From Klebsormidium nitens (lineage: Eukaryota; Plantae; Klebsormidiophyceae): a stretch of 64,000 nucleotides of DNA. Shown in pieces: positions 12,397 through 24,500 of the stretch. Both the position numbers and the translations under genes were made by a program. Position 1 is the stretch's first letter. Each line of letters opens with the position of its first letter. The notes below the pieces were generated by a model. It saw only the letters and a program-made list of their open reading frames with translations. It was not told where the DNA came from and did not search any database. Where the stretch lies: positions 272,208 through 336,207 of the forward strand of contig DF236979.1 of assembly GCA_000708835.1 (NCBI GenBank). Reading direction: 5' to 3'.

Positions 12397-13175
12397 CATC
12401 TGCTCTACGTTTCAGATTGGTTTGAGTGTTGCGCGCGCATGACTTTGTGTAGCTTGAGCATTGAACGGGTGTCGTCCGATGACTTCGACTAAAAGATCCA
12501 ACGGTGCAGGTGACGATCGGTTAACCACTTTGCTGACTTCTTGACATGCACGGCAATGCAGAATGCCTCTTTGAATGATTCATACCGTATTGTGTACACT
12601 GACGGTCACAGCATGGGCAGGTGCTGAATACCTACTTTGAAAGCCTTAAGTTAGGTTAGGTGTACCTACCTACGGGCGAGCTCAGCGTCCCTACATTCCC
12701 ACTGTTGCATTTTTCCAGATTGTACTTATATTATCCAAAGGACCGCTAAAGTCCATCCTGACTACTGTATTGTTGTCCACATGATTCAGAGTACCTAATC
12801 AAGACTTGATACGCTGAATTAGTCCTTCGCCCGCCTGGTGCCAGCAGCAGCCCCCCAGTAGCCTGAGTAGGCAGGAAATTGATAGAGTAGAATACAGAGG
12901 CTCAATCTCGAGATCATTTTCTGGGTTTGCGCATGAGATCATAGGAAAGAAACCACCTCATTGAATGCCAGAGACAACTGAATGATGACAGACAGCGAAG
13001 GAATCCGCTCCCTGCAAGGGGCTGCCACTCTCTAGGCTGGAGCTGCAAGCAGTTCCGGCGTTAAAGACAGGTCTAAACGGCGCAGACCGTGGTTCCCAGA
13101 GCTGAGCTTCCTGTCCAGAAAACAGGGAGTTGACAACGTTTCTGTATCATCTGGTCCGCCGCAGGGGCTAACGCA

Positions 13176-16100
13176 ATGGCGGAGGGGTGGCAGGCATGGA
13201 CATGCCTGGGGATGATCTTTGGGATGTTGGTTTGCCTGGTGCTAGAGGCTGGACCTCCAGACATGATCATGATGGGAACGCTAATCTGCTTCATTCCTCT
13301 GGGGATCCTCAACGTGGAGCAAGCGTTGCATGGGTTTTCAGACAATGCTATGCTATCAATAGGAGTGCTCTTCATCGTTGCAAAAGGTGAGACATTGGCG
13401 TTGCCTAATGAATCAATGGCCAAGACATTCATTCCAGGATCAACTGCAAAGATGGAACAAAGGCTTGGGGAAGGCAGCTCCACTTGCGCTTAGGTCTCTG
13501 GCAAATTGAGTGTTGCACAGAGAGCTGATTGCAATTCCAAGCGCTTCACATGAATTTTGAAGTTTTTGCTGCCATCAATGGCCAATGAATCCTATCGCTC
13601 AGATTGGACGATCCTTCAAAGATCAGAAACCCTTGTGGTATGCAGGTATTGAAATGTCCGGAGGTCTGGAGTATGTGAGCAAAATCATGTTCAAGACCAA
13701 GTCTCAGCCAGACCCTAAGAGCGGAGAAGTAGCGAAGGGCCAGAGTCTAGTCTGGGTGCTCATGAAGTTCATGATTCCGGTGGCTGTCTTCTCTGCATTC
13801 CTGGCCAACATTCCTCTCGTTGCAATGATGATACCGCCGGTGGCCGACTATGCAAGAAGGGTGAGTCTTGAAATTGGAGCAAGAACAGAATAATGTCTAC
13901 AGGAAGCAAGCAATCAATCTCAGCCGCACCTGATCTTCGTTCTGTATTGTGTAACGTGATGGCATATGCTTTTTGAATCACAGAAGGCTCTTTTGATGAT
14001 TAATTGCTATTAGATCTCAGCTTTCAAGTTGTTCGTGACGGGAATTTGAGTCACCACTCAAGGAGGAGTCAGAAGCTGATGTGCTTGGTCCTGTGGACCT
14101 GCAGTTGAACATGGCGCCATCTAAGGTCCTCCTCCCTCTCAGTTTTGCTGCGCTATACGGTGGAACGTGGACCCTGATTGGATCTGGCACAAACCTTGTT
14201 GTGTACTCCTTGGCAAATCGAGCAGTCCCAGAGATGAAGATGAATCTGTTCGAGTTGGGGATCGTAGGCATTCCTGTCACTGTGGCTGGCATTTTCTACA
14301 TCGTGGCGCTTGGAGGCAAGCTGCTTCCAGACAGGCTGGCAATGAGCAGCTCAACAATCAATGCCAGGTGAGAAACGTTCATTTTTGAGCAGAATGACTC
14401 AGAAGGTCGAATCTGTGTGAGTGATAGACAATGGAATGTGCATGATGACTGGAGTCTGACACTCGCTCAAGCTATATCTGACCAATTTGTTGAGGCGAAG
14501 GGAACAGAGAGCTGCCAGAGATCACAATGTGAGGTGCTTTGCTGTGTAGAGCGCTCAAGCAATCACCGGCTGAGCATAGGATAGGAGGCAAAGGACCTGC
14601 TGTAGATGCTTCGGTGCTCTTCATGGCCCTTCGTTGAGCAGTGGTTGGAGGGAAGACTCATAATCACATTTGCAACCACGAGAGCAAAGAGCACATCTGC
14701 AGTCACCTTTTCCACGTCCCTTGTTCAAGGCTTTGCTGCAGGCATCTTCACACTGATTTAGAGAGCTTGACATCGTAGTATACAGTACCCACGATGATCT
14801 GAACCAGCACCCTTCCTACCAAAGTGATGATTGCATCTCTCTCTGATTTTCAAGTCGGTGCAACTGCTTTTCCGCACGTCTTCTTTGAAATACAGACTGC
14901 CCCGTTTTCAGTGTCTTCTGAAGGTTTTGAACGTATACTCAAGCTCTGGTTGACGTCAGTAGACAGGCCGTTTCTGAGATAGTAACCAACATCCTCCACA
15001 GGGAGTACAACGTCGTTCTGGAGATCAAGCCAAAGTGCAGCTTTTGTCGCAAGACGATCGAGCAGTCCGGCATACGGAGACAGCCAGGGCTCTCATTGGT
15101 CCAAGTCGAACGCGACGGTTTTCCCATCCCTAGCCCTGGGGCAGACTTCGTTCTGCTCCCAAGAGACAGGCTGCACTTTACGGGCGTGATCGATTCTATC
15201 CTGTCGCTCACGCAACTCGACGGACTGACGCTGTCCGAAGAAGAGGTGAGAAACTTGGTTTTTGTTTTTTTTGGCTGGTTCTCTGAGCATTGTGTAAGAT
15301 ACAATGAAGACAAAGGGACTTTGACATAGGGGGGAGCAAGACATAGGGATCCCGCTTTCTATTTTCCTATCTGAAGTGCTTCTGTGTCCGGAAAAGTGTC
15401 GTTTGACTAGACTGGCAGCACAAAAGAAAGAAAAAAAGAGGTTGAAAGAGGTTGTCAAACGCTTCTTCGTAACTGGAGTCTTGCTTCTGTTGACAAAACA
15501 TGCAAAGATTCACAAGCCAATCCTGAACAGCATGGGATGCTCCTCGACAGCAATAGCAAGAGAAGGGTAAGATTATAGCAAAGAGATCCGTCACGACCAC
15601 CTGCGAAGCAGGCCGGCGACTCCTTTGACCTGAAAGCCTAGATCGGACAAATCTCGAAGCGCAGGCAGGAATGGATCGAGAAAACACAGACGATTCTCTC
15701 ATCTGGTCGCACCACAAACGGCGACTCGATCGACCTGAACAGGCCCGAAATGCTTCTGAAACGCATAGTACAAAAGAGTAAATTTTAAAGAGAAGGTATA
15801 ACTGCTAATCCAGCCACAGACGGCAAGGCGATCGGTCCTGATTGTTGCTCTCGGGCGGCGTGCCAAGGTATCAGTTCCTTACATACGCAGACAACAAACC
15901 ACGAGCCTTAATGCACAGCACAATCTTCGAGCGACAAACCGAAGTCAAGGTCTATAAGCGCAGCTCAGACGACTCCTTCGCAACTCGCAGCCCCCCCTTG
16001 TGCACGGCGGCGACTCGATCGACCTGAACAAGCTGCGGCAAAATGTAACTAAAAGAGTCACGTGACTAGAGTCGGAACCTTTTTCTTTCTGCAATTGTAA

Positions 16101-19100
16101 GGCGGCGACTCGCGACCTGAAGAAGCTGCGGCAAAACGTCACTATGATATCATGAAACTAGAAAAGGGGAGATGAACGAAACAGATTAGTCTGCACTTGT
16201 AGGGGGTTGACTCGATCGACCAGAACAAGCTGCGGCAAGATTTCACTATGATACCGTGACACAAGAAACATTGAAATTGACGGAAACAACTCATTCTGCA
16301 ACCGCAGGGCGGTGACTCGATCGACCTGAACAAGCTGCGGCAAGACGTCATCATATTCGGATATCGTGACAGAAAATGAGATTTAAATAATCTTCTTATT
16401 CTGCACTTGTAGGGGGGTGACTCGATCGACCTGAACAAGCTGCGCACGGACGACGTGCTGGTGGAGGCGGTGGTGGCCAGCCGGTCCCCGATGGTGGACA
16501 AAACGATCCGGGACCTCCAGTTCCGCACGCGCTACAATGCCATCATCATTGCGGTGCACAGGCACGGCACGCGCATCAACAGGTAGGCAAAACTTAAGCT
16601 CGACAGTCTTTGATCCTGGATGGCCGATCCTTTTGTGTTCTTTGATCAGGGGTACCTTGTTTTCCGCTTTGAGTGAAGGTCACGAGCTTCAACGCGATTC
16701 GAAAGGACTGGAACGAAGCTCTAAGTTTATTCTGGAGAAGCTACCGGATTGCGGCAAAGGGATTAGCGCAGATGCCGTGCTATATTTTCTGTGCATCGTT
16801 CCGCCGCCCTGGCGTACGAACTTCGTTGCGGTGAAGTGAAACGAAAACACTTGACGGGCGACAATCAAGTCGGAAAGCCAGGGTAATGAAACACAGCAGC
16901 GTTTTCAGGCGCAAACGACCATCTACAGGTAGAAAATCTGCGCCTCAAGCGACTTTTCCGCAGTCTCTCCTTAAACGGTTCGCAAGAAGGCTCTCTTTGC
17001 TACAATTGGCGGAGACCAAAGCCACAAAATCGCCCTATTTCTTCCGTCTTCGCACGCCGGTCGCCCTCGCTAACCGAGCCCCGCTCACTTTCTTGCAGCG
17101 GCATCGGCGACATCGTGCTGGACGCCGGCGACTCCCTGCTCATGGTCGCCTCCTCGGGCTTCGTCGCCAAGCACCGCAACAACTCCACCTTCGCGCTCGT
17201 ATCCCAGCTGACCGGCTTCACCGCCATCCAGCGCAAGAAGGCGCCCTACGCCGCGGTCTTCGTCCTGCTGCTCGTCATCTTCAGCGCCATAGGCTATCCC
17301 CTCATCACGTGCGGGCTGTTCTCCGTGGCGGCCATGCTGCTCACCAAGTGAGGGCCGGCCGCTTGGATAAAGTCTTTGGTCAGTTTTCAGGAGTTAACAG
17401 GCTCTAGAATTTTCAATCGCCCTCTGCTTGAATGGAGGTATTGTGTTTCTGCGGGTCCGGCGATGGTTGATTCGTTTTGTGGTCAATTTATTCGTTCGCT
17501 TCATCGGGAAGAACCCTTCTTTTCTCCTCCCCTTGTAAGTACTATAAAGAGATGACGCCGTCTCCTTTCATCCGAAAAGCAGTCTTGAAAGCTGTCAACT
17601 CGACCTTGCTGAAGTACGCTACACTCCGTCCAGTGACAGGTCTCAGAGATAGGCCGCAGTATGCAACTGTCAGTGCGGCAGAAGTTCCCTCCGCCCACCA
17701 TCTCGACTGCCATTACTTCCTCGTCTAGAGTCTGCACGCTACGAACTGGGCGACGTGTGTGTCATTCGAAGCGTGGCGCTCAAGGGCCGTCAATCTTGCG
17801 CGCACAGGTGCCTGACGGTGCGCGACGCGCGCGAGTCCATTGAGCTGGGCGTGCTGATCATGATCGCGAGCGCGTTCGGCATCAGCGAGGCGCTCGTGCG
17901 GTCCGGCGCGAGCCACCTGGTTGCCAAGGCCATGATGTCGATGGCGTCGCCCTTCGGCTCGGTGAGCTCACGAGCTGGACCCGGCGAAAGATTGCTTGAT
18001 GTTCAAAGAGCTGCAGAGTTAGCTCGCCTGCCAGAACCAGACTAGCGACAGCTTTCTAAAAGCTCGCAATAGCTAGCAATCCTTCTATCATATTGATCGA
18101 AGCTAAGTCTCAAAACTTTCTTCCTTCCTGTTCCTGATCCAGAATAATCATGCAAATACTGATTAAACGCTCCTCCTCTTCGTAAGACCAGACGTCTGAG
18201 CAACACGCGCTACTTCCGAAGCATACTGCAAGTCATGGCCTATCTTCCGAGACAATTCATTCCAACTGCGAGATCTAGCCCGATACCCGAGCCCCAAATC
18301 ATCTCAAGACTGCATGCCTTTCGCAACTTCACCTTCGAACGGCCGAAGCTTACATTGCGATCTTTTTCCCGCTCAGGTGGGCCTGATCGCGGCGACCTAC
18401 ATCGCGACGACCGTGTTTTCGTGCGCCATCACCAACAGCGCGGCGGTGACCATCATGTTCCCGGTCGCCCTCAGCGCCGCGCAGCTCAACGGCCTCGACT
18501 TCAGGCCCTTCGCGTACATCCTCATGATGGCGTCCTCCGCTTCCTTCATGACGCCCACGGGTGAGGGGCAGCTTTGGAAGAGACGATGGCATAGGATGTT
18601 GACTTTTGCTGTTCGGGGGATGCATGATTTCCACGGGTAAGGGGGAGCTTTGGAAGAGACGATGGCAGAGGATGTTGAATTCGACGCTCGAAGGATTCAT
18701 GACGCCCACAGGCGAGCGCAGATTTAAAAGATACGCGATGGCTTAAGATGTTGCAATTTTCCAGTTTGAAAGATAATTAGGAGCGGGTTTGTCCAGGCCC
18801 AAAGGAGGTTATTTTCGTACAGACTGGATACGGATTCGAAACCAAAAGAAATCAAGTGCTTCGGCGTCAAGCCGGCTGGATCAGCACTTCCAGCAAAGTA
18901 TGGGAACAAATCGCTCTATCGGATGCATCGTACGAAGTAAGTTGCGGCCAAAGCTACAAGCTTCCGCTTGAAGCTATGTCGCCTTGATCTGCGGGCAAGG
19001 AAGACGCGAGATTCCTTTGGTACGGGCATAACGTGATGTGAATTCGGAGAAGTAACAGGGACTCAAGACGCCAGAATGAGATCCCAGGTTCCCTTTCCAG

Positions 19101-20461
19101 TTTCCGTGGTTCTCCACACTCACTGAGCGCATCTTCCCACCCTGTTACGGTCTCTTAACCCTCGTCCTCAACCCGCAGGTTGCCCGACTAACCTGATGGT
19201 CTACACTCCGGGGGGGTACAAATTCATGGATTACGTCGTCTTCGGGGGGCCCCTCCAGCTATGGCTCCTCTTCATTACGGTCGGGGTTACCGTAACCCTG
19301 GACTACTGGTGGATCTGGTGGGGAGTGCTCATCATTGGGACGTGCGTGCTGACCCCGATCCTTGCCAAGCAGGTAAGCGACAGCTGTTCTCCATTGAATC
19401 TGCTTTGCTGAGCACGTGGGCAAATTCTAGGGCTAGATATGGATCTGTCGAGCCAGATCTTGCATTAATTTTGCGCGCTTCTTCAAAAGATCTGTTGAAA
19501 TACCTCGCCACATTCAGAAGTCTCCTTTCGTAGCCATCTTGGTTTCTCGTACTCGGCCTCAAAGCATGCGGGAACGTCGTTCCCAGCCTGCCCGCCTAAG
19601 ATTCATTGGAAGCGCGTACATTCAATTAAGTTGCTCATCAGCGTTGTGAAAGCAAACTCGTTCCACGCGCGCAGTCGTGCAACTTCCCGAAGCAGGGGCG
19701 CATCATGAGCGACACCGACGCGGGCAGCGAGGGGGGCAAGGCGTTCTCGACGAGCGACGACGAGCCGGTGAAGGCGCAGAAGGAGAACGGGTCTTCCATG
19801 GTGAGACCCTCCGAGCAGGTCTAGAGAGCTCATCCTGGCTTCTCTCAAAGCTCTCAGGTCGCATCTAGTTGATCGTTACACATGAAAGAAAGAGGCGTAC
19901 AGACGAAAGCGGAAGATTTCTGGTGAAAGGCGGTTTGGTCTGCTCATATGTTGGTCACGCGTGAGATCCAAGCATAAGCTTTCCGCAAATTCAAATTGAC
20001 TCGGGTTGCCTCAAACACAATGTAGTAGCCGCTTTTTGTAGTAGCCCCAGGATTTGGAGTGCTGACATTGAATGTAGAGTCCGTAGACGTGGGTCATCTC
20101 CGCGACGGGCGGAAATTATCTTTAGCGCACAGCTTCATGTAGACAACGCCTTTTGCCATCACAAGTTGCAGTTCGCGGCAAGCACAACTCAGCCTGACAA
20201 AACGAGAGGAAGTTCAATCTGCTGTCAATCAGGAAAGATACGATTTAAGCGCGATCTGATTCCATAATCTCGCCGCAGATCACGATGTCGTCCCTTCCGA
20301 CGTCAACCATGGCCGGCAACGGCGTGCATATAGCCATGAGCGGCGGTTTCTCGGTCGTGAAAGCCCCCGCCGAGATCCAGTCGTCGACTTCGCGACGAAA
20401 CAGTCTGAGCATGGAGAAGAAGCTGCTAGACGATCCGGGGTTCTCTGAGGTCCAAATGTAA
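13176..20461 (+). CDS. SLT: SLC13-family Na+/sulfate cotransporter with TrkA-C domains (algal SLT type), 11 exons
   Basis: Exons 13176-13386, 13646-13860, 14105-14367, 15002-15245, 16413-16582, 17099-17347, 17808-17961, 18377-18560, 19179-19372, 19675-19800, 20279-20461 (last exon less certain; alternative stop at 19824). Motifs: GFSDNAMLSIGVLFIVAKG, SAFLANIPLVAMMIP, PSKVLLPLSFAALYGGTWTLIGSGTNLVV, two TrkA-C repeats (IEQSGIRRQPGLSLVQVERDG; TIRDLQFRTRYNAIIIAVHRHG), ITNSAAVTIMFPVA, FMTPTGCPTNLMVYTPGGYKFMDY. Confidence 0.93.
15715..16345 (+). repeat. About 100-bp tandem array: five decayed copies of SLT exon 5 acceptor plus first about 30 nt
   Basis: GG(C/T)GACTCGATCGACCTGAACAAGCTGCGG recurs at about 15720, 16006, 16101, 16202 and 16308; the real exon is at 16413. 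Confidence 0.92.
18545..18716 (+). repeat. About 76-bp tandem triplication of SLT exon 8 end plus donor
   Basis: TTCATGACGCCCACGG|GTGAGG (real, 18560), TGCATGATTTCCACGG|GTAAGG (18636), TTCATGACGCCCACAG|GCGAGC (18711), with shared GCTTTGGAAGAGACGATGGCA. Confidence 0.88.
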
Positions 20462-21523
20462 AGATAAGGTGGATGGAAGAAGAATGTCGATATTTGATCA
20501 GATGCGTGCCGGGACGTTACAGAGAAGAGCAGATCTAAGATTCCTCTTCTGACTTAGCCAATAGTGCGTGGCCAAGATCAAGCCCATTAAGCATGTGGAC
20601 TGCACAGCGATTGAACGAAATCAAAAAAGTACAGTAGGATTATAAGGCTTGCTATGAGCATAAGCGAACCGCAACATTGTCTCGGATTATCACGGACCGC
20701 GTTGAAAAACCGTAGTTGATCAGATGCGAATATGCACTGCGCGCACAGCTGCAACGATGAAATCTTCACGCGCCACGCGTCAGAAATAACTTTGACTTTG
20801 CGATGAGGACCAGCGAATTAAGATGACCAGCGAATTGAGAAGATTCAAGATATATTGCGTGCTGGAATCGAATTTCAGAGACCAGCCGGGCGCCATAATA
20901 TACCGTGCAATATTGTAACCACGTCGAGTAGGAGTTCGAACTATCATCCACGATGCATACAATCCAAACTTGATTTCTTGCTGCAAAACGCGGTCTCGTT
21001 GTGTCCAGTCTTTCATAAACTATGCTTCTGCAGAGGCTTCACCCCATTGCCTTTTGTTACGCGTTTGATTATATAACCTTTTCAGCAACACTTGGTTGAT
21101 CTGTGCGATACTAAGTTAAAGCAGTAAGCTCGTCTGCTGGGCTGAAAAATGGACGTATAGATCTGCGCAACCCACTCGCTAAATGGTGGCGCGGCCTCTA
21201 GGATTTTCATTTTGTTGGCATGAAAGTAGATCCGTGCGCTTCTGACCTTAGTAGAAGCACTTTCGCGTTCCTCTACGGTGTCGGATCTCCAAGATTCCAA
21301 TCCTTGCTTTAGGTCCCTTACAAAAACCCCGCCAACCCTTGCTATGCTATGAGGAAGCTCGAGGACGAGATCAGAGTTCGAACAAGACTCATAGAAACTC
21401 AGACCTGCGCATCCTTGGGTGCGCAACAGTTTATTCGCTTGCTGCATATTTGCGTGCGAAGACGTTCCGTGGTCGAGAAACATAACTTTCAAGAGTATCT
21501 GATTCAATTGCGCGGCGGTCTGT

Positions 21524-24500
21524 TTATGTTTTGGCTTCTAGGGATGATTGTGCGGTGTTGGAAGCGGGCGGGGGCGGTTTCTCGTCAAACAGGGGCAGGG
21601 CCTCGATCCCGCTGAGCTCAGCGACCGACGCGGTTGCTCTCTCCACCTGCAAGTTTCGAACTTGTTAAGAAAGGGTTTCCTCTAGTACCATTGCAACACG
21701 TCAGTCTATCCTTTAGTCCAACAGACATCCACAGGCCGTTAAGCAACCTGATGGTTGTCGAGGTTAACCGTATATTGAAATTGCCGTCGGTTACATACCG
21801 GTTCATTCACAGAGACAGATGGAATCGGAGAGCGCAGGGATCATCAGAAACGGCTAGCAAAGAAGAGTAGAGCCGGTTACGGAGTAACTTGGACCTGCTT
21901 TGGAGGTTAGCGTTCTGATTGCACCGTAAGCGGACTCTTTTTGTGTATCAAGTCAAGTCATCCTCATGAAGTTCGTGCCAGACTCTCTTGAACTTCTTAG
22001 TTCTGGATGCAGAAATTTGGATTGCAGCCACCCCCCCGAACATCTAGAGCGCGAACAAAAGCCAAACCTTGCTATGCCCACAGGTGCAGCAATATCCGCT
22101 CAAATCAAAGGTGTGAGAGATTAAGTCCAAGCTGCAAGAGTTTTCCAGATCCGAGTATCTCAAGACCACACCAGTATCTTGGGAAGGGCCTAAACCTCCT
22201 CAGCGAAAGCGCCTTTCGCTTACAATGCTCTCACTATTAAACAGATGTCGCCCTGGCTAAGCCGTCTTTCACTGCGCACGTGCCCGCACCCCTCTCCAGC
22301 TCCAATCAAACGCTAATTGAAGTCCTCCTTTTCAACCAGCTGTGTGGAATTTATGATGGTCAACAATCTCTCTAGTTCTTCAGAAAACGTAAACCACCAA
22401 TTTTCGAAATCACAATGGTTGCCCACCGCTCTAGTTCTTTAAAAAACGTAAATCACCAGATTGCGAGACTCTCACCTGGTGTTTCCAGTCTGTCCGTACG
22501 ATAAGGGTCGTAAGACACGTGGCTTGGGTCAGGACCGCCAAACAGAGGCCGCCCACAAGACCCTGCAAACAGGGGGATATGCAGTGGGCGTAGGGCTCGC
22601 GAGCTCATCTGGAAAATGGACGGTTTTTGCAGTGGAGTTGAGTCTATCGCACAGTTCACAGCTAGCCTCTTCAACCCGCCCTCAGGACTCAGTCTCACTA
22701 GTGTGCTTATGAAATCCGACGCCCACTTTAAGTGACGAGCAAACCGGAACCAGGTAGCGCAAGCTCTGATCAGTCTGGCTTGTAAGCAGAGGAAGCTTCC
22801 TTCAATCAGTCTTGAAGTGAGACACTCTCAGCTGCAGCGAACACGGGAAACGAACCCCCCTGCAACTCTCAATGTGGAAACGACATCGGTTCTGCTCTTA
22901 TCTGCACCTGAGCACTCGACGTGAGACCCTCGAAAAGAGCCAAAACATCTCCTCAGGCCTACTGAAGATCTTGATTCCGTTCTACTTCAGCCAAGCAGTA
23001 GAATAGATAGAGGCCCCAGAGGTTATTGAGAAAACGGGTAACCGTTCTTACCCAGACCCCAAACCTAAAGCAACGTTTTGCTTACCCACACCCGAAAGCC
23101 GAAGCAACGGTTTGCTTACCCAGACCCCAAACCCGAGGTGGAACGCCAGTAAGGCGGACGACGGGAGCCCGACCAGGTAGTAGCTGCTCAGCGTGACGCC
23201 AGCACCCAGGCTCTGGCGGCCGCAGCCGCGGAGGATACCTGAAAGACAGCGGTACGAACCGTCGGAAAACAAGAGAGATGGAAATGGGGCCGTCGGATAT
23301 CAGGGCCGGAGCGAACTCTTTCGTTTGAACTTTTAAGACGAGACCAGACAACGAGCCGTTGGTTGTCTGATGCGTGGACAACCCCTCTTGCTTTCTTCGA
23401 AGACGCCGGAAAGAGCGACCCAAAAAGCTCAACTTGAAGGGATTTCCGTGGTTCTTCTGTCTCACTTGTGTTCGTCCAACGGTGAGATCCCACATTCACC
23501 AGTTGAGTGCTCCAAAATATCCAAGCACTGGCGCGTCGTTGCCAGATCCTAGTCCTCCGAGCGAGAATCCTACTCGAAAAACAGATTCTTCGACCTTCGC
23601 TTGGAAGAAGGCCCTTTCGTTACTTCCAATAAAACCTCAGAAAAGATGGCGGAGCTTCCAGTAGGTACCACAGGGGGTACGTATAAAGGCGAAACTTCTC
23701 CCCCCTGGCCTCACTCCCGGCGTTGTTCTGCACGCTGTCCACGATGCTCAGCCCCGCCACGCACGCCATCAGCGCTGACGTCAGCCGCAGCAGCTCCCCG
23801 TTCGTCGATTCGACGAAGATCAACGGCAGCCATCTGCTGGACGCCAGGATCATGGCGAAGGCCGTCACCCCGAGCGCGGCCGCGAGCGACAGGCCGACGC
23901 GCGCGACCGTCTTGGCGCCGCACGCGGAGCGAGCGCCCAGCTCCGCGGCGACGCGAGTGCTGCGAGACGGGATTTGCAGGGGTTTAAGGAGAGGGGTGTA
24001 AGGGATTAGATAGGGATCAGGCATACTTCAGGAAGGTATCTAGAAAGCTTAGGTAATCCAGCAATTTGAGAACGTTGCAACGAACAAGCTTTGACCCGGG
24101 ATGCTTTTGACGGCTTCGAACGTTCCCGGGTAGAGTACAGGAATCAGATTGGCAAATTGGATTTTATGGTCCAGAGCTTTAGGGCTCGCCCGTGACAATT
24201 CGAAGCAAATCCACGGGGATCCCCCTCACCTCGTGGCCGCCCCCAGGCCAACGTACGTCATCGACATGAGCCACGCCGTGTTCATGCTGCAGAAAGAAGG
24301 GGGCAAAATGACGTCATCGCCAAATTGCTATTGAAACTTTTTCTCGATTTGTGTCCTGATTTGAAACGCTTCCGGGGTGCGGTGCCAAAGTTTCTGAGCT
24401 CCGTTGATTGCTCGCGGCTCTTACGGGATTGGCGGCCCTCGAAAACAAGCGGAGTGTGACGAGCGAGTTTTTGTACCCCACCGCATAAAGATTGCTCGCA

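Noticed and set aside
15715-16445. CRISPR array (33-nt repeats with spacers)
   Set aside because: The repeat is the start of an SLT exon, the spacers are mutually related intron copies, the context is eukaryotic, and there are no cas genes.
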